DNA of 64,000 bases. Origin: an uncultured Candidatus Saccharibacteria bacterium (GTDB lineage Bacteria > Patescibacteriota > Minisyncoccia > Phycocordibacterales > UBA2100). The notes beneath the pieces were generated by a model, which ran no database searches, was not told the DNA's origin, and saw nothing but the letters and a program-made list of their open reading frames with translations. The position numbers were made by a program, and so were the translations under genes. Positions within the stretch are counted from its first letter, which is position 1. Each line of letters begins with the position of its first letter. This document shows, in pieces, positions 15,679 to 23,355 of this stretch. The stretch is taken from NCBI GenBank assembly GCA_964594735.1, contig CAZQMS010000003.1, positions 30,043 through 94,042 of the forward strand. Direction: 5' to 3'.

Positions 15679-17469
15679 ATGGCCTCCCACATACGGAATT
15701 TCAGCATTATCGCGCATATCGACCACGGCAAGTCCACGCTGGCTGACCGCATGCTTGAGGTGACGCAAACAATTGAGCCGAGGCGCATGCAAGAGCAGGT
15801 GTTAGACAGAATGGACCTCGAGCGCGAGCGCGGCATCACCATCAAAATGCAGCCGGTGCGTATGACTTGGAAGAAAGGCGGGGAGGAGTACGTCATCAAT
15901 CTCATTGACACGCCCGGTCACGTGGATTTTTCATACGAAGTGTCCCGCGCGCTTACGGCGGTCGAGGGTGTCGTGTTGCTCGTTGATTCTACGCAAGGGA
16001 TCGAAGCTCAGACACTCTCAGTCCTCTCTGTCGCGCGCGAGCTCGGGCTCGTTGTCGTGCCCGTCGTGTCAAAAATAGACGCGCCAGCCGCCCGTGTCGC
16101 CGAGATTACGAATGAACTCGCGATGCTGCTTGGCTGCGAGGAGGAAGACGTATTACCAGCTTCGGGAAAGACGGGGCAGGGCGTGACCGCGATACTCGAT
16201 GCAATTGTAGAGCGTGTCCCGCCGCCGCGCGGCAGCGGCGCGGCGCAGGCACTGGTCTTCGACTTCGGGTACTCCGACCATCGGGGCGTCATCATCTATT
16301 GCCGCATCTTCGGCGGGGAGATTGCGCGTGGCGATGCGCTCAAACTTGTCGCAGCAAATGCGCCGTTTAACGCACTTGAGGTGGGTGTCCTCACGCCAGA
16401 GGAGTCTCCACGTGAGAAACTCCTCGAAGGAGAGATTGGGTACATCGTGACAGGCATCAAGAAGCCGGGCATTGCTTCGGTCGGCGACACAGTGACCTCG
16501 GCACGAAAGCCCGCGCCGGCGCTCCATGGGTATCAGACGCCGACGCCGGTCATATGGGCATCTGTGTATCCGGAGAGCCAGGATGATCTTGCGCTTTTGC
16601 GGCAGTCGCTTGAAAGACTTCGCTTGTCGGATTCCTCGCTCTCTTACGAAGAGGAGTCTTCCGGCATCATGGGTAAGGGGTTTCGCTGTGGTTTCTTGGG
16701 AATGCTGCACCTGGAGATTGTTATTGAGCGCCTACGGCGTGAGTTTACACTTGAGCTGGTGGTCACGATGCCCACGACTGTGTACGAGGTGACGCACCTA
16801 AATGGCACCGTGGAAGAAGTGTACTCACCCGCGCGCTTTCCAGACGAAGGAATGGCGAAACGCGTGCGTGAGCTGTGGGCCGATATCACCATCATGGCAC
16901 CTCCCGAGAGCCTGGGCGGTATTTCTCAGCTCCTTTACGAACACGAGGGTGAGGTGGGGGACACAGAGACGCTCGCCGATGGCAAAGCTGCGGTACATGC
17001 AAAGATGCCGCTTCGCGAGCTGATGCGTCAATTTTTCGACAAGCTCAAGAGCGTATCGAGTGGGTACGCATCACTATCGTACGAACTAATCGGGCTCCGC
17101 GATGCAGATGTGATGCGGCTCGATGTACTCGTGGCAGAAGAGCCCGTGCCGGCATTCGCGCGCATCGTATCGAAGCGTCGGGTACAGCAGGAGGCCGAAG
17201 CGATGGTAGAGAAGCTCGAGAAGCTCCTACCGCGGCAGATGTTTGAGCTCAAGATTCAGGCGAAAGCCAACGGACGGATTATCGCGTCGCGGCGCCTCTC
17301 GGCGATGAAAAAAGACGTCACGCAGCACATGTATGGTGGCGACATCACGCGCAAGATGAAACTGCGCGAAAAGCAGAAGAAGGGCAAGAAGAAGATGCTC
17401 GCGCGCGGTAGCGTAGAAATACCACCAGATATTTTCCTGAAAGTGGTGCGCGACGGTGGAAGCGACTAA
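15679..17469 (+). CDS. lepA: Translation elongation factor 4
   Basis: NFSIIAHIDHGKSTLADR G1 motif, DTPGHVDF, and a LepA-specific C-terminal domain. Confidence 0.95.
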   Translation: MASHIRNFSIIAHIDHGKSTLADRMLEVTQTIEPRRMQEQVLDRMDLERERGITIKMQPVRMTWKKGGEEYVINLIDTPGHVDFSYEVSRALTAVEGVVLLVDSTQGIEAQTLSVLSVARELGLVVVPVVSKIDAPAARVAEITNELAMLLGCEEEDVLPASGKTGQGVTAILDAIVERVPPPRGSGAAQALVFDFGYSDHRGVIIYCRIFGGEIARGDALKLVAANAPFNALEVGVLTPEESPREKLLEGEIGYIVTGIKKPGIASVGDTVTSARKPAPALHGYQTPTPVIWASVYPESQDDLALLRQSLERLRLSDSSLSYEEESSGIMGKGFRCGFLGMLHLEIVIERLRREFTLELVVTMPTTVYEVTHLNGTVEEVYSPARFPDEGMAKRVRELWADITIMAPPESLGGISQLLYEHEGEVGDTETLADGKAAVHAKMPLRELMRQFFDKLKSVSSGYASLSYELIGLRDADVMRLDVLVAEEPVPAFARIVSKRRVQQEAEAMVEKLEKLLPRQMFELKIQAKANGRIIASRRLSAMKKDVTQHMYGGDITRKMKLREKQKKGKKKMLARGSVEIPPDIFLKVVRDGGSD

Positions 17470-17475
17470 CGAGCT

Positions 17476-17577
17476 TTAGGAAAGAAGGCCAAAGAGGAAC
17501 TCCGGCAGGCCCGGCGCAAAAAAGAGCACCATGGCGACTATGATGAGGACGGCAATGAAGCCCCACGCGACCTTCAT
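17476..17577 (-). CDS. Possible tiny hydrophobic peptide (33 aa; alternative 45-aa form starting at 17613)
   Basis: MKVAWGFIAVLIIVAMVLFFAPGLPEFLFGLLS: a single TM helix, no clear SD. Below the ORF-track threshold, so speculative. Confidence 0.2.
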   Translation of the reverse strand: MKVAWGFIAVLIIVAMVLFFAPGLPEFLFGLLS

Positions 17578-17650
17578 AAACTTGCGTGTACGGTGATGGA
17601 AAAGGAAGCTCATAGGATGTGTCCCATCAATATAATGCTAGGATACGAAA

Positions 17651-18025
17651 ATGGCAATCCGAGAGCGGCATGCCGTCCTGGCAAGACTCTTCTGGCGACG
17701 GTTTGGGATACTTGTACTGCTTGTTCTGATACTTGTTGCGACGCTCGCGGTACTCAGCGTGTACCGCAAGGAGTACGATTCGAGAGTACTGCGCGAGCAA
17801 GCGGAAATGCGGCTCGCGGATTTGCAGAAGCAAGAAAAGAGTCTCTCCGAGCACATCAATGGCCTGCGCACCGACCGAGGCAAGGAAGAGGTGTTGCGGG
17901 AGCAGTACGGTGTCGGCTGGGAGGGTGAAGAACTCATCGTGCTCGTTGAGCCCTCACAGGCCGCGCCTATCCCCGAGCCCACCGGCATGCGGGAATGGAT
18001 GAAGAAATTTCTGCCGTTTTGGTGA
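17651..18025 (+). CDS. Septum-formation-initiator-like (FtsB/DivIC family) small membrane coiled-coil protein
   Basis: N-terminal TM helix (ILVLLVLILVATLAVLSVY), then a coiled-coil (LREQAEMRLADLQKQEKSLSEHINGLR). Confidence 0.5.
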   Translation: MAIRERHAVLARLFWRRFGILVLLVLILVATLAVLSVYRKEYDSRVLREQAEMRLADLQKQEKSLSEHINGLRTDRGKEEVLREQYGVGWEGEELIVLVEPSQAAPIPEPTGMREWMKKFLPFW

Positions 18026-18036
18026 GGAGGGCGCTC

Positions 18037-18134
18037 TGTCCCGGTGCTCTTTTCAGGTACGAAATCTTTCTGCTGAAAGATTTCTCCGCGCTCGCTCCGC
18101 CGAGCTCGCGAGCTCTGAAAACTGCACCGGGACA
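18037..18134 (+). repeat. Nested-palindrome element family 2, copy 3 (starts 12 nt after the preceding stop)
   Basis: Outer inverted repeat TGTCCCGGTGC / GCACCGGGACA; inner hairpin GAAATCTTTC-TGC-TGAAAGATTTC (perfect 10 bp). The right flank ACTCGCTGGAGGTGGGGAAAT resembles the right flank of copy 2. Confidence 0.55.
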
Positions 18135-18173
18135 CTCGCTGGAGGTGGGGAAATGCGATACATTACAGACGTT

Positions 18174-18244
18174 GCGGGATTAGTTTAGTGGTAGAACGAC
18201 TGCTTCCCAAGCAGTAAATACGGGTTCGATTCCCGTATCCCGCA
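18174..18244 (+). tRNA. tRNA-Gly (anticodon CCC)
   Basis: Acceptor GCGGGAT/ATCCCGC; D arm GTTT..GAAC; anticodon stem ACTGC/GCAGT with loop TTCCCAA; T arm ACGGG-TTCGATT-CCCGT; discriminator A. Confidence 0.85.
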
Positions 18245-18290
18245 CAGCCAGACACGAGTTGTAGAATCGTGCTCGGGACAACCGTGCTAG

Positions 18291-18644
18291 TTAGAGGTAT
18301 TTCTTGCCGTATGCGCGCACGGCGGCCAAGACGTCTTCAAGGGCTTTGCCCCTTGGTGTGAGACGATACTCGACGCGCGGCGGGAGGCGCTTGGATGCCT
18401 TGCGGGCGATTATCCCCGCCTTGGTGAGTCGCCGGAGCGTCTTGGTGAGCGTCCGAGTGCTCATACCGAGACTCTCGTCGAGTTGTCCAAAGCGCATCGA
18501 TCCGCTCTGGAGGTCTCGCAGAACGAGAAGAGAACAGGGGTCTCCGATAAGGTCGGCCATTTTGGCGATAGGGCACGAGCGACAGAGCTCGTTGCGTTGC
18601 TTTTGTGTGCGCAGCATGGATACTGAGCACGGTATCATGGTCAT
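18291..18644 (-). CDS. HxlR-family winged-helix transcriptional regulator
   Basis: CPIAKMADLIGDPCSLLVLRDL...MRFGQL...TLTKTLRRLTKAGIIARK...RVEYRLTPRG is a typical HxlR/DUF24 HTH. The true start may be the internal ATG at 18617. Confidence 0.8.
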   Translation of the reverse strand: MTMIPCSVSMLRTQKQRNELCRSCPIAKMADLIGDPCSLLVLRDLQSGSMRFGQLDESLGMSTRTLTKTLRRLTKAGIIARKASKRLPPRVEYRLTPRGKALEDVLAAVRAYGKKYL

Positions 18645-18669
18645 TGCACTTTACAAAGTAAAGTGCAAT
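18643..18669. promoter_or_regulatory. Perfect 12-3-12 palindrome ATTGCACTTTAC-AAA-GTAAAGTGCAAT in the divergent hxlR-like/glutaredoxin promoter region (candidate HxlR operator)
   Basis: Perfect inverted repeat at the 5' end of the regulator gene. TATACT and TATATA -10-like boxes follow towards the glutaredoxin gene. Confidence 0.5.
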
Positions 18670-18768
18670 GCATATACTGAGGTGGGTATATATGCGCGCG
18701 GTCTTCGCTCTGTTGGCCTGAGCTGCGTGATATACTTTTTATACATATTTATTCAAGAAACATACGAT

Positions 18769-19014
18769 ATGACCGCTAAGAAAGTAGATGTTACGATTTA
18801 TTCAACCCCGACGTGCCACTTCTGCCACGCCGCGAAAGACTTTTTTACACAAAACGGCGTCGCCTATACCGAGCACAACGTCGCATCAGACCTCGACAAG
18901 CGCAAGGAAATGATTGAGAAAAGCGGCCAGATGGGCGTTCCGGTCATCAATGTGGGTGGTACCTACGTCGTCGGCTTCGATGAGGGCAGGCTGCGCGAGC
19001 TCCTCGCGGTTTAA
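18769..19014 (+). CDS. Glutaredoxin-like protein (CxxC = CHFC)
   Basis: 81 aa with a typical glutaredoxin/NrdH fold signature (VTIYSTPTCHFCHAAKDFF...GVPVINVGGTYVVGFD). Confidence 0.8.
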   Translation: MTAKKVDVTIYSTPTCHFCHAAKDFFTQNGVAYTEHNVASDLDKRKEMIEKSGQMGVPVINVGGTYVVGFDEGRLRELLAV

Positions 19015-19048
19015 GCAGACCTCGGGTGCGTGGTAAGCTGCCACGCAC

Positions 19049-19120
19049 GCCCCCGTAGCTCAATGGATAGAGCAATCCCGTCCTAAGGGAGAGATGTGGG
19101 TTCGATTCCTGCCAGGGGCA
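19049..19120 (+). tRNA. tRNA-Arg (anticodon CCT)
   Basis: D arm GCTC-AATGGATA-GAGC; anticodon loop GTCCTAA; T arm GTGGG-TTCGATT-CCTGC; acceptor GCCCCCG/CAGGGGC with one C-A mismatch. A GTGCGTGG-TAAGCTG-CCACGCAC terminator hairpin abuts its 5' end. Confidence 0.7.
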
Positions 19121-19121
19121 C

Positions 19122-19379
19122 ATGCAGTGGCAAGATATTGTCATCGCGATATGCAGTTGGGCGGCTACCGCTGCGCTCCTGCCGTCAATATTTGGAGAGG
19201 ATAAACCAGCCCTCTCCTCGTCCTTATTTACGGCCACCATAGTAACGACGTTCGGTATTTGCTATATCACGCTCGGGCTCGTAAGCGCCGCAGTATCAGC
19301 GTGGGTACTGGCTGCGGCGTGGCTCGTACTCGCGTACCAACAGTGGTACAGACGTGGTACGAGAAGTGATAGGATGTAG
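19122..19379 (+). CDS. Small membrane protein (85 aa)
   Basis: Starts 2 nt after the tRNA-Arg. Three hydrophobic segments. Confidence 0.45.
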   Translation: MQWQDIVIAICSWAATAALLPSIFGEDKPALSSSLFTATIVTTFGICYITLGLVSAAVSAWVLAAAWLVLAYQQWYRRGTRSDRM

Positions 19380-19381
19380 AC

Positions 19382-19675
19382 ATGGAACACGAAGAGATGC
19401 TCAAAGAGACGTACCGTCTCACGCAGGACAACAATCGCATGCTCCGCTCCATGCGCCGTCACGCCTTTTGGGGCGGGATAGTCCGCATGGTCATCTACGC
19501 GGCGCTCCTCCTTATCCCCGTGTGGTTCTACTTTACGTACATGGCGCCAATCGTCGAACAGATGATGGCGACTGTGCAGCAGATACAAGGCACGGGAGCG
19601 CAGGCTCAGGCGCAGTTCTCAAGTTTCCAGGAATTGCTCAATAAGGCGCAGAGCATGTTCGGCGGGGCGGAGTAA
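19382..19675 (+). CDS. Small membrane protein (97 aa)
   Basis: ATG 3 nt after the preceding stop; one TM helix (IVRMVIYAALLLIPVWFYFTY); Q/A-rich tail. Confidence 0.45.
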   Translation: MEHEEMLKETYRLTQDNNRMLRSMRRHAFWGGIVRMVIYAALLLIPVWFYFTYMAPIVEQMMATVQQIQGTGAQAQAQFSSFQELLNKAQSMFGGAE

Positions 19676-19680
19676 GACGT

Positions 19681-19709
19681 TTGAGAATTGCGCCTAAGCC
19701 AGGTATATT
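19681..19709 (+). promoter_or_regulatory. Sigma70-like promoter of tRNA-Phe (-35 TTGAGA, 17-bp spacer, -10 TATATT)
   Basis: Hexamers at 19681-19686 and 19704-19709. The tRNA starts 10 nt downstream. Confidence 0.5.
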
Positions 19710-19719
19710 GGTGCGCGTA

Positions 19720-19792
19720 GCCGAGGTAGCTCAGTTGGTAGAGCATTCGCCTGAAGAGCGAAGGGTCACCAGTTCGATCCTGGTCCTCGGCA
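19720..19792 (+). tRNA. tRNA-Phe (anticodon GAA)
   Basis: Acceptor GCCGAGG/CCTCGGC; D arm GCTC-AGTTGGTA-GAGC; anticodon loop CTGAAGA; T arm ACCAG-TTCGATC-CTGGT; discriminator A. Confidence 0.9.
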
Positions 19793-19972
19793 CAAAATAC
19801 ACGAAGTGATTTTGGGTCGGGGAGCAGGATTGGGAAGGGGTCGGGAAACGGGAGCGACCAATGTTTCTTAACGGTAATCCGTTCTAGAAACATGAAGTAC
19901 CCTCGTGGCATTTCCCGTGGAGGAAGGCAGCCGCGAAGCGGCGTTGGAAAACCGTGGGTTTCCAAGCCCCTA

Positions 19973-19986
19973 GGTCCTCGGCACAA
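19973..19986 (+). repeat. 14-nt direct repeat of the tRNA-Phe 3' end (GGTCCTCGGCACAA), 177 bp downstream of the tRNA (att-like scar)
   Basis: Exact match to 19782-19795. The intervening 177 bp is G-tract rich (GGG/GGGG runs). Confidence 0.4.
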
Positions 19987-19987
19987 T

Positions 19988-20563
19988 TTAGAGTCCTAGC
20001 GTGAACGTCATCGCGCTGCCTGCCGTCTGCAGCCACTTCGAGGTGTCGAGTTTAATCTCATGCGTCTTGCCAAGCTCGCGATACTTCAGCGAACTCTTTT
20101 CCAGCGCGTAGTCAAAGAGTCGCTTCGTGAGCTCTACGTCTTTGAGGCAATACTGACGTACCTTGTCGACTTCGCCTGCCTTCCACCACTGCACCGATTG
20201 AGAGCCGTGACCGCTTTTCTTCGCGCCGAGCGTCCCCTCGGCGATAGCATCGAGCCGGAGGCGGCGACCAAATGTCTTGTGGACCTCGGCCATGATGTCG
20301 AGGCTCTGTACTTTTGTCAGGTCGCCTGGATAGTACTTGTTGAGAAGCGGAATATCGAAATGGTCAGAATTGTATCCGACAAGGATGTCGGTGCGCTCCA
20401 GAATGGGCCACAGCTGGGGCAATTCAGACTCGAGGTAGCTTGAATAGCTGTTGGTCTCCGAATCGTGAATACATACGATGGCGATGGAGAGGTCGGCGGG
20501 GTTCGACGAGCCAGTATCGGTAATCCAATTTGCCGTTTCGATGTCAAACGTTACAACGCGCAT
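19988..20563 (-). CDS. DEDDh 3'-5' exonuclease (RNase T / DnaQ-like) family protein
   Basis: Exo motifs VTFDIETAN..., GYNSDHFDIPLL, and a YxxxD region near the C-terminus. Confidence 0.65.
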   Translation of the reverse strand: MRVVTFDIETANWITDTGSSNPADLSIAIVCIHDSETNSYSSYLESELPQLWPILERTDILVGYNSDHFDIPLLNKYYPGDLTKVQSLDIMAEVHKTFGRRLRLDAIAEGTLGAKKSGHGSQSVQWWKAGEVDKVRQYCLKDVELTKRLFDYALEKSSLKYRELGKTHEIKLDTSKWLQTAGSAMTFTLGL

Positions 20564-20587
20564 CGGGGGATTATACCAAAGGAGATT

Positions 20588-21850
20588 TCAGCCCAGCGAG
20601 GAAAACAGGTGTTCAGCGATGCGGTCTGCCGGAAGCGTTATCTCGACGCCGGTCGAGAGGTTCTTTATCGTGTAGCGGCCCTCGAGGCGTTCTTTCGAGC
20701 CGACCGCAATGATGAAAGGAATGCGCATTTTGTCTGCATGACGTATCTGGTCGCCGATGCGCCTCCCAGAGAAATTGACCGCGACGGTGATGTCTTCTCG
20801 CCGCAGATCCTGCGCAAGACGAATCGCGTGACCTCGAGACTCTTCCTCGACCACACAGAGCATGAGCTCGGTCGCCGGTGCGTACTCAGGCATCAGGTTG
20901 TGTGCTTCGAGGAAGTCGCGCGCGGTCACGTCGCCCATCGCAAAACCGACCGCAGGGACAGGCTCACCGCCGAAGAGCGTGAGGAGGTTGTCGTAGCGCC
21001 CACCTCCGGCGAGGGCGCGCTTGTTGTCTGCGTGCGTATCGAAAACTTCGAACACCATGCCCGTGTAGTAGTCGAAGCCGCGCGTAATCGTCGTGTCGAC
21101 GATGAGGTTGCCGACACCCATGTGTTCGAGAGTGACGCGAAGTTCCTCGAGGTACGCGGTCGAGGTCGTGCGCTCAAGTTCGGCTATAAGCTCGACTGCC
21201 TTCTCTTCGTGCTTGATGAGCTCGGTGAGCTGCTTCTCGAAGTTCTCGATCTTGGCGCGTCGGTCGAGGAGGCGTGTGACGGAGGCCGCGTAGTCCTCGG
21301 CGATGCCGACTGACTGGTACACGGCATCGAGGACGCGCCTGTCGGACACACGTATTTCAAAATCGCGTTCCTCGGCGCCCATGGAGCGGAGGATCGCGTG
21401 TGACATCGCGATGATCTCGGCATCGGCCGCAACGCCCTCCGCGCCGACGATGTCCGCATTGAGCTGCCAGAATTCGCGCAGGCGCCCCTTTTGCGTGCCC
21501 TCATAGCGGAAGCAATTGGCAATCGAGTACCAGCGTGCGGGCTGCGGTATTTCGCGTTGTTTTGCCGCGAACATGCGCGCGAGCGTCGGCGTGAGTTCCG
21601 GGCGGAGCGTCACTTCACGGTCGCCGCGGTCGTGAAAAGTGTACGTCTGCTGGTTGACTATCTCCTCGCTCGTTTTTGCTCGGTAGAGTTCGGCGGGCTC
21701 GAGTACAGACGCGTTGTACTCTTCGTATCCGTAGAGTTCGCAAACGCGTTCCATGTGCTCAAACATGTACCGCTGCACGAATTGGTCTTCGGGGTAGAAG
21801 TCGCGCACGCCCTTGTAGGGCTCGGTCGAGAGTTTGTCGCGCTTGGCCAT
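20588..21850 (-). CDS. hisS: Histidyl-tRNA synthetase
   Basis: Class II aaRS motifs (RYEGTQKGRLREFWQ; GGGRYD) and a HisRS anticodon-binding C-terminus. Confidence 0.95.
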   Translation of the reverse strand: MAKRDKLSTEPYKGVRDFYPEDQFVQRYMFEHMERVCELYGYEEYNASVLEPAELYRAKTSEEIVNQQTYTFHDRGDREVTLRPELTPTLARMFAAKQREIPQPARWYSIANCFRYEGTQKGRLREFWQLNADIVGAEGVAADAEIIAMSHAILRSMGAEERDFEIRVSDRRVLDAVYQSVGIAEDYAASVTRLLDRRAKIENFEKQLTELIKHEEKAVELIAELERTTSTAYLEELRVTLEHMGVGNLIVDTTITRGFDYYTGMVFEVFDTHADNKRALAGGGRYDNLLTLFGGEPVPAVGFAMGDVTARDFLEAHNLMPEYAPATELMLCVVEEESRGHAIRLAQDLRREDITVAVNFSGRRIGDQIRHADKMRIPFIIAVGSKERLEGRYTIKNLSTGVEITLPADRIAEHLFSSLG

Positions 21851-21888
21851 GGCGACATTATGCCTCTTGGCCGGATTTCGGCAACGAG

Positions 21889-22314
21889 ATGATATACTCG
21901 CCGACTATGAGCAAGGTGGTGAACGACGAAAGATACGAGATTCGCGCAGCTGCCGAAGGGGTGGGAAAGGGTCTCTTTGCGCGCATGCCTATCGCGAAGG
22001 GCGACTTTATCGTGGAGTACACGGGCAAGAAGATTCCGACAAAAGTCGCAGACGAGATGGACGAGGCGCGCTACCTTTTTGAGGTAGATAAAAAGTGGAC
22101 GATAGACGGCGAGGACGAATCCAACATTGCGCGATACATCAACCATTCCTGCGACCCAAACGCGGAATCAGAAATCCACGACCAGCACATCCTCATTTCC
22201 GCCGTCCGCGACATTGCGCCCGGCGAGGAGATAACGATGGACTACGGCGAAGAGTATTACGACGAGTTCATACGTCCCATCGGCTGCAAATGCAGCGCCC
22301 CAAAGCATCATTGA
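21889..22314 (+). CDS. SET-domain protein (putative protein lysine methyltransferase)
   Basis: Hallmark SET motifs NHSCDPN and GEEITMDYG, plus a C-terminal Cys cluster (CKCSAPKHH = post-SET-like). The start was moved to the ATG at 21889. Confidence 0.7.
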   Translation: MIYSPTMSKVVNDERYEIRAAAEGVGKGLFARMPIAKGDFIVEYTGKKIPTKVADEMDEARYLFEVDKKWTIDGEDESNIARYINHSCDPNAESEIHDQHILISAVRDIAPGEEITMDYGEEYYDEFIRPIGCKCSAPKHH

Positions 22315-22345
22315 ATTTGTCGGGCGACTTGGGTATCATGCACAT

Positions 22346-22720
22346 ATGAAAGGCGTCTACATCTTTTGGGGGATTATCATTCTCGTGGTGGTCGTGGTTC
22401 TCGGGGGCAGCTTCTTCCTCTCCGCACAGCCGGGGCGACTCGACAGCTTCGCGCAGTGCCTCGAAGATAAGGGCGCTGTATTTTATGGTGCATTTTGGTG
22501 TCCCCACTGCCAGGCGCAAAAGGCCATGTTTGGTCGCTCGGCATCACTTGTACCGTACGTAGAGTGCTCAACTCCCGACGGCCAAGGCCAGCTCCAAGTG
22601 TGTATCGACAAGGAAATAACGAACTACCCGACCTGGATTTTCGCAGATGGGGAACGCCTCACGGGCGAAGTCCCACTCCAGCAGCTCGCCGAAAAGACGC
22701 AGTGCGAATTGCCTGCGTAA
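22346..22720 (+). CDS. Membrane-anchored thioredoxin-like oxidoreductase (WCPHC; DsbA/BdbD-like partner of DsbB)
   Basis: N-terminal TM helix and a CPHC active site. 3 nt upstream of the dsbB-like gene. Confidence 0.7.
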   Translation: MKGVYIFWGIIILVVVVVLGGSFFLSAQPGRLDSFAQCLEDKGAVFYGAFWCPHCQAQKAMFGRSASLVPYVECSTPDGQGQLQVCIDKEITNYPTWIFADGERLTGEVPLQQLAEKTQCELPA

Positions 22721-22723
22721 ACC

Positions 22724-23254
22724 ATGTCACTCGACACACTCAATCTGTTTCTAGGCATGTCCGTCCTCGCGATGCAGGTCGCTGCGGTGGTCTTGCTCGC
22801 CGTGTACGTCTTCGAGCGCCGCATGCCAGAGCTGAGTGGTGTGAGCTCGTTCATTGCGCGGCGAGGGCTCTGGATAGGACTTCTCGTCACGGCGGGCGCC
22901 GCGATTTTCTCGCTCGTGCACTCGCACTACTTTGGGTTGCCGCCCTGTGACCTCTGCTGGTGGCAGCGCATTTTCATCTATCCACAAGTCGTACTCTTCG
23001 CACTCGCTGCTTGGCGTCGCGATACGTCTGTCGCACTGTATTCGATAGCGCTCTCTCTTATCGGCGCGGGCTTTGCCGCGTACCATCACATGCTCCAGAT
23101 GCTCCCGGCAGGCACGATACCGTGCCCCGCAACAGGCCCGAGCTGCTCGCAGATACTATTCCTCGAATTCGGCTATATCACGTACCCGATGATGGCACTC
23201 TCGCTCTTCGCACTCCTTATCATTGTCATGCTCTTCGTGCTCCGCAGGCGCTAG
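22724..23254 (+). CDS. dsbB: Disulfide bond formation protein B (DsbB/BdbC family)
   Basis: 4 TM helices, a PCDLCWWQR first-loop motif and a second Cys pair (CPATGPSC). Confidence 0.75.
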   Translation: MSLDTLNLFLGMSVLAMQVAAVVLLAVYVFERRMPELSGVSSFIARRGLWIGLLVTAGAAIFSLVHSHYFGLPPCDLCWWQRIFIYPQVVLFALAAWRRDTSVALYSIALSLIGAGFAAYHHMLQMLPAGTIPCPATGPSCSQILFLEFGYITYPMMALSLFALLIIVMLFVLRRR

Positions 23255-23355
23255 AAACCGATATATCGCTCATATCGACGGCCGTCGATTACAGTGCTAT
23301 ACACTTTCCGCCCAGAAGCGTACTTGGGCGCAGAATCTGTGTCCGCGCCTGAACA

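Noticed and set aside
19796-19972. Possible ncRNA or partial tRNA in the G-rich 177 bp between the tRNA-Phe 3'-end repeats; minus ORF 19606-19986
   Set aside because: No tRNA-like T-arm or acceptor pairing can be drawn. The minus ORF overlaps the tRNA-Phe and has no SD or domain. Kept only as part of the att-scar finding.
20465-21313. 282-aa plus-strand ORF
   Set aside because: Antisense to hisS.
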